A DNA stretch of 64,000 nucleotides from Eutreptiella sp. 'Long Island Sound 2002' (GCA_964036045.1 OZ038378.1:183582001-183646000), one strand, 5' to 3'; numbered from the stretch's first letter, positions 45,961 to 59,682 are shown. Notes: generated from the letters alone by a model not told the origin. Translations and numbers: made by a program.

Positions 45961-48259
45961 ACTTCAACCTGCACCTGTAGTGGTACACGTTGACTTCAGC
46001 CCGCACTTGTAGTGGTACACTCTTTCACTCGTTAATGTGACTGCTTGAATCGATGCCATTTTTTAGAATTGGGACAAAAGCCACCATCTTCTTTCTTGGA
46101 GCCAGTCTTTTCTCTTTTTGCATTGTTGCATTTTGTGTGTGTGGGTGTGTTGGTGTGTGTGTGTGCATGTGTGCTTGCGCATGTGCGGGAGTGGCTGCCA
46201 AGTCAATGAATGAGTGAGTGCTAGTAACGAAGGCTCATGACCCTTGTTCACCGAGCACGCCACTGATTGCTTGTCGACTCAAGGGGGAGCAAACCAACCT
46301 CCGCATGTCGGAAAAATGCTTGAATACCTTTTCTTGAGCCCCCCATGTCCAGCAGCTGCAAAGGCTGAACACACCAATCATGGCAAGACAGGAGGAGTTG
46401 AGGAGTTGAGGATGGCATGGGACACAGAGACAGAGAGATTCGATAGCCCAACTAAGGCATAGCACCAAGGAAGCCTTAGGCTATGCCAAGGAATCCCCTC
46501 TACAATGCTAAAGGGACTTTGGTGCAGTGCACTGTGGCATGGTATGCCACAACAAGAAAGTTGGCCTTGTCCTGAACAAGTGGGGGCCAATGACCCGCGT
46601 TGACCAAATTTTGTTCATGCCCCAACAGGGTGTGAAGGCTCAATCGCTCAAATTGGATGGGACACATTTGCTTGTAGTGGGCTCGATGCAAATACAAACA
46701 CTGGGACTAGTGCCTGTGACAGACTTCGGGCTCGGCCAACAGTGACGGAAAGCGTGGATGCCCCAACATTGGCTGTGCACCCACGGTGCTTTGTACAGGC
46801 TTGTGTACCCCATCTAGCTGGCCAAAAATGGGGCTAACGGCTAGTAAACAGTGAGATGTTCATGGAACCAAAGGAGGGATGGAATTGCAATCAGAAGGCG
46901 GGATACCGAGATCGTTTGATAAGCAACAACCCACAATCATTTAGAATCCACACGGATGTGACTGCCTAAGCCAATCATATACACACATTTTGCTCTTCAA
47001 GAATCTCCAAATTCACAGTAAGGCACTAGGGTTGTACATTGAGTGTGACAAAGCAAAGTGGGCTACAGCAGAGATCAACAATTTTGACTGTGCTGGAAAA
47101 AGACGAGAGAACTGACCAACCCCATGGGGAGGGGAGGGATATGTATTTATTCAATGGTTGATCCTTCGTGAATAATGCCCCAGACAACACAATTATTGTG
47201 TACGATGCATGACATAGTTAGTGTGTACAATGCACATGATACGATTATTGTGTGCTATGTACCCATATTCTTAGAGGACTTAGAGGCTTAGAATATGTGT
47301 GTATTGGGGATACATGAGACCACACTCAAAGTGGAAAATATTACTAGGTTGACCAACAGTCTTGGCCTAGGGTGGGACTAGGCAGTTTGTCACACATTGC
47401 ACACCACCTGGCAAATTTCAAAAGTTGCTTGCCAGGTTAGTAGAAGCAGCATGCTTTCCTTTGCCATCCAGCTACATGTGCCCCCTCAAGGGCAACCCTA
47501 TTCCACTATACCCACAACTAGAGCCTTCGCCTTGGGCCAAGCGGGGACATTGGGACAACAATGCTCCCCAGGCAGCACCACCGTTGCCCACTTCCCTAGG
47601 GCATGATGGCTTGGCATGCTTGGGGGCTGCCAAGGAGGGATGGCACCATGCTAACGGGGAAAATGGCAAGGCTAGCTTTCTGCCAAAAAGATTGCCCGGC
47701 AATGGTTGCAATACAATGGCAATGTCCCCCACCCAAGCCAATGGCAACGTCATGCCACATAGGATGCACTCTTTGGCTATTTCCATGTGGATCACTTAAC
47801 TCCACTCTTAAAGATGCAGGCATGGTAGTGCTCCAATCCTTAATCTCTCTATCTTTGTTATGGGGGAGCGACCATTGCTATTGCTGGCGATTTAGAAAAG
47901 TGGTAAACGCATCAAATCTTCCCGTTTGGAACGAGTTGTGCCTCAACTGGTCATCTTGGTCATCCTAGTCATTCCATCAACTAAAGGAAATAATAGATCC
48001 TGTCATGCAGACCCCTTGGGGTGGCGGCAGTGGAGTGTCTTCTGCCAATGGTAGTTTTCAGCTGCACTTTTGGCCAAGGCCAACCCCACAATTTCCCTCA
48101 AGCCATACAAGAACCACTCTTGACAGGGGGGGGGAGTGCAAGGGGGCCAGGGGAGTCCTAGCATGTGCTCTGAGTGATGATTATGGCGCTTTCTAGAGAG
48201 CAGACCTTGTTGTGGCCAGCCTACCACTATCTAGCGGGCTTTCCAGGCACAGGGTTTTT

Positions 48260-48560
48260 GCTTATTTTCACGGAAGGCTCGTCTCAGCATTTCCCGACCA
48301 TTGGGTGGGTGGGAGGCTACGGAGTATACTCGGAGGCGGGGGTGGAGCTGTCTGATTTTTTGCCTCTGCATATGAAGCAAACAATCAATTCTGCTGAACT
48401 GTTAGCTGCGCTTACAGATGACAACTGACTGCAGACCACCCCAAGGTGGCTATCTGTGCTGATTCTGAGTATGTGCTCCTGGGGGCAGGGCGCAGCCAGA
48501 CGCTGGAAAATCAGCGGATGGAAGGGGTCTTCGACTGGCGAAACATGAGGTCTACTAGAT
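48260..48560 (+). pseudogene. Degraded RNase H domain of a retroelement (N-terminal part)
   Basis: IFTEGS...GWVGGYGVY...QTINSAELLA, then after a frameshift AICADSEYVLLG, matching the RNase HI motifs DGS, NNxAEL and TDSxY. Confidence 0.7.
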
Positions 48561-49449
48561 GTCAAGAGTACCAGTATTCCCAGTTCATCGGCCAATGGTG
48601 GAGTGGCCAAACTAAACAGAGAGTACAGCTTTCCCAAGTCGGGCTGTGGACTGGCCAAAACAGACCAACCTTGTCCACAATGAGTCACTGCCCCTAGATA
48701 GGGACTTCTGTATGAAGAGTACCATCCCCCCAACCCCGGCCCGCTAGGGTTCAATTTGGTCAGGTTCGAGATACTGGATGCCCCCGCCCAAGGCAATTCC
48801 AGCCAATGTTGTTCATTCAGTACAACAAAACAATCAAACTGCTATGCTACAATCCTCCAAGTACAGTTGTGGTTTTCAAGAACCACTGTCGTCCTGACCA
48901 AAAAACTGACTGGATCTCGAATGTGCCTGCACTACTCCTGAAAGCCCAAACTATCCTGGACTTGCCCCCCAAGCAGGAAAGACATAGAAAACCACACTAC
49001 TCGCTGGCAGAAGTTGAAGGACTCCGGTTTTGGCCACGAGAAAAAAGGCTCCTATTGACCATTTCCTTTGCTCCCGGCGTCACGGGGACCCTCTCTCACT
49101 GCAGGAGGTAGAGGGCTGCTGGACCGGGGGGGTGATCATCCATGTCGGACAAAAAAGGAGACGGAGTCCGCAAGAAAGTGAGAACAGAATGTGCTGGAGA
49201 AAAATGCCCATATGTGTCGGTCATGGCCCGAAGGCCTAGCGCACCCAAGCGCGCTCCTGGGGAAGAATGTGAAGGTGAGGCAGGCGCCAATGGAGGCGCC
49301 CCCTGAGGGGAAACACAGTCAAAATTGAGGGCCAATGGCCTGGCTGCGGACTCTTCCTGAGGGAGCAGTTTGGGCTTTTTGGCTGCTCGTGCCGGAGTAC
49401 ACAATGGGTGCATAGTGCGCCCATGCAGGGCACCCCGTTTTGGGAACAT

Positions 49450-49640
49450 AGGGTCGCAGACTCTTCCCTAATTGGCCAGTGTATTGGCCTGTTCATTACC
49501 CACAACATTGACATGAGAAGGTACTTTAACCCACAAAATTTCCTGAAAAGTGCCATCAAGAAAGCAGAGCATTTCTTCCCACAGCGAAACATTGGAAACC
49601 CCACTAGCGGATTTGGGGAAATGGCTCCTTTGGGCCAACC
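49450..49640 (-). pseudogene. Degraded RNase H domain (C-terminal part) of a second retroelement copy in the opposite orientation
   Basis: VSNVSLWEEML...ILWVKVPSHVNVVGNEQANTLA matches the N.dLW...w.kVp.H....GNe.AD.LA consensus. Confidence 0.72.
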
Positions 49641-49977
49641 CACCAGTGTCGAATTGGGGGGAAATGCCACTCTTTGGGGACAATGGTAATTTGCATGTAG
49701 TTGGTGCTGTTTTCGGCCACTCTGCCACCTGGCAGGCTTTACTGGTGCTCTCTTTCTAGTAGGCCCTTTTTGCTGTAGTGTACTGGGAGATTGTGGAGAA
49801 TGCCCCTCTGGACAGCAAAGGCCCTGTTTATGGCCAGTCTGCCACCCGTGGACCAGCTGAACAGGTCCTACTGTGTACGAATGATCATTTTCCCCAAACA
49901 CTCACTCACACAGCCCCTTTTCGTCACGTCCAATCAAAAGTCCAAGCTCTGCTGCACCCTGTTCCTTCAATGCACAG

Positions 49978-50368
49978 GACAGCAGCGCGCCTTGGGATGA
50001 AGCCGCGGCACTCGAAGTTGCTGAGTGTGTGCTGAAGATTGCAATGTATTTCCCCCTTGCCCAAGTGTTTCCACCAGCCAATGTCCGGCGCTTGGCCACG
50101 GAAATCCCGTACCCCGAGCAATTTAGCAGCCCCCTCAAGGCCCTATTCGCCGTGCAATTCCATGAAACGGAGACCGAGGCACGGCTCTGCGCCGCCATGA
50201 CTGGCAACGCCAACGACGACCCCACGGCGTGGCTGAAGCGCTTTGCCCACCTGTACTCCACTACTCCGGAGGACGCCCTGCCGTGGTGGCGGCTGCCCCC
50301 GATGCCGTTGGCTGGCCGTGCTTTTGGCTATGACGCAATGGCCAGATTGTTTGCTCGTGACTTGACAG
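49978..50368 (+). CDS. Methyltransferase gene, exon n-2 (region upstream of the catalytic domain)
   Basis: Acceptor CCTTCAATGCACAG|49978 (phase 0); donor ACAG|GTGTCC at 50369 (phase 1). The translation AMYFPL...QFHETETE...LYSTTPEDALPWW resembles the aMY.PL...Q..Ep..E...Yeenp.P.W segment of bacterial TPR-methyltransferases. Confidence 0.8.
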
Positions 50369-51700
50369 GTGTCCCCTAGCCCCAGAGTGAAACATCGGCA
50401 ACAACAAAAGAATGGCACTATAATCTGGGCCCAAGGCATGGCGCGCAGCTCACATGCTGTGTTGCTTAGCTTCAGCCATCCACCGTGGATGGTTCACAGC
50501 ACCGGGAATATTAATGCTCCATTTTCTGGGCCCTTATGGCTCTTGTTCAGGGAATGTCGGGCCATGAACCCTCAGTGTTGCAAATGAAGTGCAAAACAAA
50601 ATCTCTTTGGGCCTTCGTGGAAATTTGTGACCTGCACAATTACACATGGTCATTTTTCAACGTCTCTCAACAAGTTTCCATGATCCTACCAAACGTCATC
50701 CTTAACCATTTGTCCAGAGCTTGCACAACAGGAACAGGGGAGCCAATTCCGAAGGAGAATGGAATGAAATTGGCTAGAGAGGCCGGCACAGATGATGTCC
50801 AAGAATTGCGGTAAGGGCTGGGGGTTTGTTGAGATTAAGAGGGCACACCGTGCGCTGTGCACGCAAATTCAGCTGCGGACCCCTTTTCATGCTTTGGCTG
50901 ACGCTGGTTGACATTGCGGACGAAGGAATAAATTCCAAGGCCAACCACATTGACGTAGCCTCGTTCTTTGCATCCAAGATTTTCATTTTTCAGCTTTGGC
51001 CACTGCATGTGGCGTTTTGAGTGGTTGATTTGGGGGTGGTTCTTGTGTAATATCCCAGATAACGGGGGCTTTGCGAGATCACAACCTTCTCACTGCGACG
51101 CACTCCAGCTCACTTCACTACAACGCACCACACCGGTTTCAGTTCAAAACACGAGGCCCTCGCACTGCTGTACACCCATGAAAGAGTTATTGAAGAGGGT
51201 GCATACTGCAATGAGAGGTAGATTGCAGGCAGTGGTGCAGGTGTCAAGATTCAGTGTTCTGGAGGATTCGGAGGTAGATTGCAGGCAGTGGTGCAGGTGT
51301 CAAGATTCAGTGTTCTGGAGGATTCGTTCAGAGTTAAGGCTGCTGAGGACAAGTGAGAGTCTGGTGACAATCATCGCCGGACTGTTGACAATCATGAAAA
51401 AAAAAAACCCTCAACAACGACCCTTACCCAACGTCACCCACCTTCGCGAAGCCTGGGACATCCTAAATGGCCCTCATCAGAGGGTATTTCCGCGCAGTAT
51501 GTGCACAGATATGGCACAGTGCGCATTCCAGACGTGCACTGCAGTGAGAGGAATGTGATGTGCGCAGGCCTGCTCTTACTCCATCGCACTCCTCTCGCTG
51601 GCATATCCGCCTCACTGCATCACCTCTTATTGCATGCAGTCGTTTGCTTCACTCACTCTGGCTGTCGTGGTCCTTGTCAGCTGATAGCCCCTCTTTTCAG

Positions 51701-52272
51701 GTTTGGCAGAATCCCATGTCTCCGCCGAAAAAACACTGATGTTGGGCAGTGGGTCGGGCTTCCCGGTGGCACATGCGCGGATGCTACGGCAGGGGACAGG
51801 GGCGCAAGTGACTGTGGTCGACGCCAGTGATACCAATCTGGCGTACGCACAACGCCAGGCCCGCGCCGTGGGCATTGCGGACGACCGCCTGCGCTTCATC
51901 TGGGCGGATCCCGATGCACTACTTCGCGATTTGCCAGACACTGACCCGAATGTCGGCCGATTCGACGCCGTGGAATGCAGCGGGTTGCTACGGCACACTG
52001 CAGCGCCGGACGCACTTTTGCAGGGGGTCAGCCGCCTGCTGCGCCCGGGAGGGGTCGCGGTTCTCCAGTTGCCCTCCCTCGCGGCCGAAGCAGAGCTGGG
52101 GAGTGTCCGGCAGTTCGTGCAGGATCTTTCTGCGGGGCTCCCCAAGCCATTTATTGGGGCGGATGGGGAGTTTTTGCGCATGCCCTCCGTTCCGGAGGTT
52201 CGCATCGCGCGCCGTGCGCTGCTGGCCGCGTCAAGCGCCACCCCTGCGCGCCAGGCAGCGCTGCAGCGAAAG
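51701..52272 (+). CDS. Methyltransferase gene, exon n-1: class I SAM-dependent methyltransferase core
   Basis: Acceptor CTCTTTTCAG|51701 (phase 1, matching the previous donor); donor AAG|GTATGT at 52273 (phase 0). Motif I LMLGSGSG, VTVVDAS..NLAYAQ, and FDAVECSGLLRH...LLRPGG. Confidence 0.9.
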
Positions 52273-52470
52273 GTATGTGTGGCGAAGCATCCGCCTAGCT
52301 TGCGATTCTGTGTTGATTCTGTGGATTGTGTCTAGATGTTGAACATTCACGCACTTTTGCTTGTGACTTGTTTATTTCTATGTTTCTATGTTATTTTGCG
52401 CGCGTTGATGCCCGTGAAGGAGAAGTTGGGCCAAGGGGACAAGCAAGGCCACATGTGCCCTCGCTCAAGC

Positions 52471-52518
<48 letters not shown>

Positions 52519-53635
52519 CGACCCTTCCCTGCCCCCTGTTGCCACCAGAGTGTCTCAATGGGACCCCACCTTTGGAGGCTACACACAGGCACATACACAC
52601 ACATACGTGACCGCAGCCGATCGCCATTGGGGCTGTCAGCTCACTTGATAGGTGTGATATACGTGCAATAGCTGGCCCACGCCTGCCCCTGCATTGTAGA
52701 GGCCCTCATCCTCACCAATGTTTAGCAGCAAGGCAAGGTCTACCGAGGCAGCAAAAAGCCTTGATGTTTCCTCCCTTGCGGGGCTGGAGCCATGGCTTGC
52801 AATGGGCTGCCCGTACAACATGGTCCAAATGGCCTTACTACCCGCATGGTCACGGGGCATGAACCCCCGCCCCTTCTCAGGCTGGTAAGGTTGCCAGGTC
52901 TGGCCCAATGTAGTTTCCATGTGATGTGGATACGACCATTGTGAAGCGTATGCAAGCCAATACCCTTCCTAAGTGGACTGTGCAAGGCTTCAAGCCTGTG
53001 TGTAGGAGGCATGAACTCCCTGTCCACGGCAACAAGTCTGACGTGTTGGAGAGGGTGAGGCCCCTTGTCGAACAATTGTCTTATAGTAGCAAACCTTGTG
53101 GTTCGCAGTGTCAAAGAGGCTGGTTTTGCCGTCTTTGGTTTCCATGGGGATGGAAGGTTGCAAGTGTGAGTAGTAGGACAGACACTCCACTCTCAACCAC
53201 AAAATCGCGTCTCCCACCTCCCCCCGCAGACTCCCCCCTTGCCACATGCACACTTCCCCTCAACCACACACAGCCCGGAGGCATGCATCCACAAAAGACA
53301 ACCAAAGTTTTAAAGCCAAAGGTACCAACTTGCAGACCTGCTCTGCTTTTATGGTTCAGCCCCCCTCTCCCCCATCACACACACAGGCCGAAGTGTGAGT
53401 GCAATGGGAGCAAGGGGCCGAAGGCAGATCAAGGAAGAATGGTGTCTGGGGTTAGGTTTCGCACCTCTGCCTGTCCTGGCACAGGGAGAAGTGCACGCTT
53501 GTAAATGCTTGTGTTTGTCACCTGTGCGTCGGTTCTAATCTTCTTGTGTTGCGGCATTTAAATACTGGGAAAACAATCGATGGTGTTGCATTTCCCCAGT
53601 AGTTTCCCAGCCCCTGCTCCAAATGCATCTCTCAG

Positions 53636-53905
53636 GCTTTCTTCTCCTACACGGGCTTTGTTGACACGTTTGTGAGGGCCCCAGAGACCAGCATGTCACT
53701 TACGCAGTGGCAGGACTTGCTGCAGGCTGCTGGGCTGCAGGTGGTTGGGGTAGAGATACCTCTTGATGGCGTGGCCCTCCGTGACCAGTTCATGCAGACC
53801 GGGGCAGACCCCACGGACCTCAAAGCGTGGGATGCTTTCCAGCAGCAACACCTGAGCGCTTTCGCGCAGTATGACGTGTGCAATGTCTGGTGCCGGAAGG
53901 AATGA
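53636..53905 (+). CDS. Methyltransferase gene, terminal exon
   Basis: Acceptor CATCTCTCAG|53636 (phase 0); AFFSYTGFVDTFVRAPE...GLQVVGVE...DLKAWDAFQQQHLSAF...VWCRKE* resembles the C-terminus of the same family; stop TGA at 53903-53905. The three exons total 1233 nt in frame. Confidence 0.82.
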   Translation, partial: AFFSYTGFVDTFVRAPETSMSLTQWQDLLQAAGLQVVGVEIPLDGVALRDQFMQTGADPTDLKAWDAFQQQHLSAFAQYDVCNVWCRKE

Positions 53906-56900
53906 CAAGATTGGCAACCACTGCGTTGGGGACCGGCTTCAGTCAGGCACACTGCACGAGGGTAGCCAGTAAGTCCAAAGTGAGCACGCGGACGGCCATT
54001 GAGAGACTGTTCGGATGTTTGGTTGTGTGCTGCTTCCGGGTCACTAGCCCGATGGTTTGTGTCACACATGTCATGCCTTGTGTGTGAAGTGTATCCACAG
54101 TGTTATGTAGCATTGGTTTGCTTTGTGGTTCGCTTTTTTCTTCTTTTCTTCGTCCTGTCTTATTGCTGTGTGCTTATTGGTGTGCGGAAGGCTGTCTTTG
54201 TACTTTTTGCTGGACATCAATATGGTCCCTTTGCTGGCTTTCATGGCAATGGCTCTTCTGTTGGTGCGCAAGGTGCATGGCATTCAAGTCCATTTTCACA
54301 CACCTGTATATTGATGGGCAAGCTCATCATAATTTCATGCATTTGCCTTTTCACACGTTTCGCAAGTGGAAAATGTCTCGATGTATCCCTTGCATGCGCA
54401 TGTGTCAGCAATGTGTAAAGGGATGTGGGGCACAATGCCGCAATTTTGCGAATTTGGGCATTTCAGCCTCCTGGGTTTTCAGATGCACGCTGGAAACGTG
54501 CACCTAAGGCATGTGCACGGTGTGGACTGGTTCCCTCTCCTGGTGAACATCCACGGGGGCACTGTCTCTGTTGCTCTTTGAAACCCACATGACATATACA
54601 CATGTTGGGATTGCTGGATGTTTGACCTGGAGATAATCGACGCACTCCGAACTTCATATGTATCGATGTATCCGTACACTCCTATCTAACAGTCCACTTT
54701 CCAAATAATTTTCAGTTATATACGGCCATATATGACATGGGTGGCCAAAATCGACGGGGCAACGCAATCCCCTCCGTGGGAGGGGATTCTTTATCTTGGC
54801 CCACAAGTACAATATGGAATGCTGACTCAATTTCAATTTTGCTCATCAATCAAACCCACTTTCGGCGTAATGGTCCAGCCAGCCCTCTTACAAATGGCTG
54901 GGGTACAAAGGGCATTGCTGTCGGCATGGACACAATCATGCACGTTTAGACTAACCCAATCAAGTGGTATTACAACACATCATGCAATCAAGGCTGACAG
55001 TATCATTTCCGTTTGTGCAGTGCCCGATTTTCTGTTTGCTCTGTGATGTTTGCTGCTGTGCCCAGTTGTGTGGATTTGCGACTGCGGGATGCTTGTCGTC
55101 TGCATTTGTGTGCGGTCCTGTCCGTAATCATTTGCTTGGATAGCGGAAGCAGCAGCACGTGTCATGGCGACGCTGCATCAGGAGCAGGCATGAAGGAGGT
55201 GGCGGTATTGGTGGAAATCGTCCAGTGCTTTTTCAATATGTTTGCATTTATCTGATCAGGCTACGGCAACACGACGTGGTGACCGATCCATGACACTGTA
55301 AACCGCGGTTCCATCGTCGGACGTCTGGGGTGGGGGTAGGCGGGTGCGTATTTAGTGACAACCTGTTGAAAGGCCGATTTCAGCAACAACAAAATAGGAG
55401 AGGAATTTGCAGACGATCGCCATTTTTTCGCCATTTCTTCTTCATATCTACTCCCCCTTGATTTCTTGTTGCGACTTTGCAATTATATGGTGCTTACCAT
55501 TTTGCGCCGAACAGTCAGTTGCAAGCTTTATCACCCTCTTTTACTCAGGCCAACAACACCCTCTTAACAATTCCAATATTCAGCAAGGCATTCCACAATG
55601 GGTACACCAATACCAGTAGAGGGAACACTACAGAGGTGTTGAACAAGATGAGGAACATCACAGAAGATGACAAGTTTCTGTCACAGATAAGGTTTCCTTT
55701 GATGCATCCATGGCAAAAGGCCTCAAGTATTTCATCCATGTGATCACATTGAATTTGTAGGGGGGGTGAGGAACTGCATGGGGGCAACACATGTTTTACC
55801 TGCTTGGGGGGGGGGGGGATGCTGCTCAAAGAGCAATTGCTTGCAAACCTGGGTCTGATAAGTTATGATTTTGAGCGATTGTATGTATGGCTCACCACGT
55901 TCCTCCTTGAGGCAACATTTTTGGAATGTGGTACAGTTTGGAACATTTGTTTTCATATGATGGAGCTTTGGGCACTGCTTGAAGAAACAAGCTTTGTGTC
56001 AGCTCCAAACATGGTAGATTTTCGAGAATGCGCAGTGATTGGGATTGATGCTATCAGCACATCTACAGTATGAATCCTAAAGATTTGCTAAAATATTTGA
56101 TTCCCGGCACAAGGTGTTGTTGTCCGCCAAAAAAAAGAACGTAGAAAAAAACTAGTTTTTGGCGTCATGCCCTAAGCAAAAATGGGTTCCGCAAAAAAGA
56201 TCGCAAAAATAAATTGTTTTTTGCCCCTGCCCCTCTTTTTCTCTTTTTGCAAGAGGACGGAGGAGTTAGAACCCCTTGGGCTCTGGGCCACCTCGGGGTT
56301 CTAACCAAGGGTCTTGTCCCCACGGCGGGTTCGCTCACACCTTGCATAATCACACCTTGTTGCCTGCATTATAAGCGGGCAAACTCACCAACAACTGCCA
56401 CTCGGCGAGTTCTCTAGCTGACTGTCAGTTTCCCATGGTATTAACACTAGGGCAAACACTAGGGGTGTTGAAAGTAACAGAGGCTCTGGGGGAAAGTTTT
56501 CCCCTGCCTGTGTGGCCTTGCTTTGCTTTCCTCTGCTTATAGGGCCCATGTACAGCCTTCGCGCTTATTTTTCTGTCATTCCCCATGAGGCAGTTGTGGA
56601 TTGGATGCAGTTGCAATGTCAATGCTGCGTGAGCTATTCCCGAAAGTGTTTGGGGCTATTTTGGAATCACATATCTTATCTTTGGGCAGCAGCGCAAAAT
56701 CGTGCAGCTAGTATTGGCTCTTGCAGTAGCAACAAAATGAATCAACGCCAATCCCCAAAAGGCAGAAAAAAAAACGCAAAAAGAAAGATAATTTTTGGTG
56801 TAACGCCCTGCACAAAAATGGGTTCCGCAAAAAAAATCGCAAAAATAAAATATTTCTTGTCCATTTGGATGTCATCGCAAAAATTTTGCTTATTATTCAT

Positions 56901-58444
56901 TCAAAAACACCCAACACAAAAATTAGGATTCCACGAATCTTCAGGATTCGTACGGTAACCACTGTACAACACAACCATGGTTGGAGCATTGCTCAATGGT
57001 ATGTCACACTATCACAACTCACCCATTTTGGGAGCACTGCGTAGTGGGATGCAATGCTATGAGCACAACACGCCTACGGTGGAAGCACTGTCCAACGCGA
57101 TGGACACCTATCTTGGGCCACACGCTCTTGGAGCTGTTGCATGGTGTAGTCATAGCAACTGAATGTTCTTTTGAGAGATTTGGTGCACTCCAAATTTTCG
57201 AGTGCATGCTGGAAGGATCTTCTCCCCATTGTGCTGCAGGTTCATCTATCCCCACCTTTGTAGGCAATCACGCGTGCAAATCACACCACACCAGATAGAC
57301 ACCCCGTTTCCCACTGCACCAAGGCACCTATTGGTGCCTTGGTCTTGGTTCTTGCTTCTCTTGGAGCCCATTTGGGGCAGTGCTCCCCTTTGTGCTCCAT
57401 CGATGTATACTCTGGCCACAATATTTCCCTTCTATCGGGGCGGAGGGTTAGACTTGGACTAGCCAAGCCCCCCTAGCTTAGCTGCCATTGAGGCGCTCAA
57501 GTGATGTGGTGAAAATCAAGTATGAGAGCTGAACAGTGCTGCAATTGTCCCATGGAAAGCACCATCCCGGACATTGCACATAGTAAGTCCGTGCTACACC
57601 TCACAAACACGAACATCAGACGGAAACTGGGAACCATGCTTCTCCAACAGCTTATACCCGCAAATGGTTGGGTATTTCAAATTATAGGAAAACCAGTTCA
57701 TTGCTGGACCCAATTAGCGAAGGTGTATCAGTATCGTTCATAAGGACACTACAAAACTTTGTACAACACTTATTGTCGCTAGAGGCAGCAGGTAATCCCT
57801 GACACACAATCAATTGACATATTTGGAGATGTTGGTTGTGCTTTTGCAGGCCTGAGCTCTTCTTTTCCCTCTTTTGTGGATTCTGTCAAAATGGCCATGA
57901 GCGGTTTGGACGCGTTGGCACTTAAAATGGTGGTGGTCCAGCCTACTGAAGAGGAAGAGACCACAGGCAGTGATGACGACAGTACACCTATGAGCGAACC
58001 AAAACCAACAAAACAGAGGAAGCACTCAGCTGAGATTGTAGAGGAACCTCCCACCGCACCGACCAACATAGAAAGACACCCACCAAGAAACCAAAAGGTG
58101 AAGCCCTCTGTAGGGCTTCACCTGTAGGGTGCGGCTGCCTCCGATCTTTCAAAGGGTGGTTCCAAAAAGTAATGATGTATATATTGGCATATATGTACGC
58201 TATGTTTCTTGTCTTTGTCATGTGTCCTCTCGCCTATCATGTTTTTGTGTCTGACCAAACAGTTAGTGCACGCCGTCCTGTGTCCGTAGATATCGGATTG
58301 TGTATCCAGTTACTCAGCCGTAATCTTGCAGCACACAGCACTAACTTACATTTGTCTAAACACACCTATTACCACCGTGCTTTTGTCATTGATGTTGTTG
58401 GAGATTGGGACGTAGATATACACCCTTCAAAGTGAAGGGGGGTG

Positions 58445-58631
58445 GACAGCAAAAACAGTCAAACGACCCCCGCAACAACCAGCACAACCCCAATACGCCA
58501 ACTACTGGGCGCCGCTAATGCGCAAATGGCACATCCTGCCACATCCAGCACAGCCCCAGCACACCAACCACTGGGCTCCACGAACGCGGAAACGACACCA
58601 GCAGGAGCACCGGCCGCAGCGGCCGACAGCA
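58445..58631. repeat. Short C/A-rich interspersed-repeat-like segment with an internal ~62-bp diverged duplication
   Basis: CCAGCACAACCCCAATACGCCAACTACTGGGC versus CCAGCACAGCCCCAGCACACCAACCACTGGGC; bounded by the direct repeat GACAGCA (58445, 58625). Confidence 0.45.
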
Positions 58632-58941
58632 CTGTGTGCCTACTCCCCTTTTGGCTGGGCAATGGTAGCTTCTGTGGCTTAAGGTGCGTCCTCATACATG
58701 ATGCAGAATGTGTGGGCAATTTGGATATTATTGTTCCAAAGAAGAAAACTGTAATCATGCGAACATACCAGGGATTCTTACATAAACGAGACCCCTTTCA
58801 TGTTAAACTGATATATCATCCCTTTTTGGCCTCTTTTCTCAATGGTCTCAATGGTCTCAATGGTCACAGCTGCAGGGCGTGTAAACCCCACTCACTGTAC
58901 TTCATATCAGGTGTTGTGATGTCTTGAGGTGACTCTATGCA

Positions 58942-59078
58942 ATGGACTCCAGCATCTTTGAGGCCCTGGAATACCGTGGGACCAAGGCCCGCACAATGCG
59001 CAGACCTGCGGACGTTGCAGCTCAGGCTCCCCTGAAAAAGCGGAAGACGGCGACTGAGACCACTGATGCTCATGGCAG
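58942..59078 (+). CDS. Tandem-HNH protein gene, exon 1 (NLS-like PLKKRK)
   Basis: ATG at 58942; donor GGCAG|GTACCT at 59079 (phase 2), joining exon 2 in frame. This may not be the true first exon. Confidence 0.65.
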
Positions 59079-59682
59079 GTACCTGGCCTTTGTAGTGGTT
59101 CGGGCCCACCACAAACAGCATCTCCAGTGGTCTGACTGGAAGGTACCCATACCACGGCGGTAGTATTGCGGGGGGTGGTCCGACGGAGGGGCGGGGGGGG
59201 CGAGGGTGGCTGGAATTGCGCCTTCCATGATTCGGGCCATCTGTCTTCAGTTGTTGTGCAAGAGTATTGGGCGTGGGGGTTGGGTTTCTGCAACTGCTGT
59301 CTGCTGGGGCCCACGTGTTCTGCTGGTGGTCCCTCGCGGGTCCAGCCTCATCGAAGTGGTTCCGGAACACCGAGGTTTTCTGGACCTCTGAATACACGTG
59401 CCTAAGGGGGACAAGGGGGAGAGCGTTTTTTGCGGCAACTTTTGCCCTACTCTTTGGCAACGGACCACACAAAAAAACGTCCAGGGGCCTAGGGATCCTC
59501 CTGAGCCCCCCAAACAATCCCCTCCGGCAGGCCGGGGCGGCAGGAGGCCGCAGATTCTTTGGGCCGTTCCCGGCCCTGCAGCCTTCTGCTGCTGCTGCTG
59601 TTGTTTGCTTCCTGATGTATGGGGGGAGGGGTGGAGGAATCTCTCTTTTTCCCTAGGGCCTCCCCAATACTCCCCTGTGCAG

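Noticed and set aside
51215-51326. Perfect 56-bp tandem duplication in a methyltransferase intron
   Set aside because: Real, but an ordinary local duplication with no sign of function.
54766-54788. Perfect 10-bp hairpin AATCCCCTCC-GTG-GGAGGGGATT as a Helitron 3' end or terminator
   Set aside because: No CTRR terminus follows on either strand, there is no Rep/helicase remnant, and intrinsic terminators are not expected in this context.
55260-58130. Scattered ORF fragments as a decayed transposase
   Set aside because: Coding-like patches exist (for example 57876-58127), but no catalytic motif or element ends could be identified.
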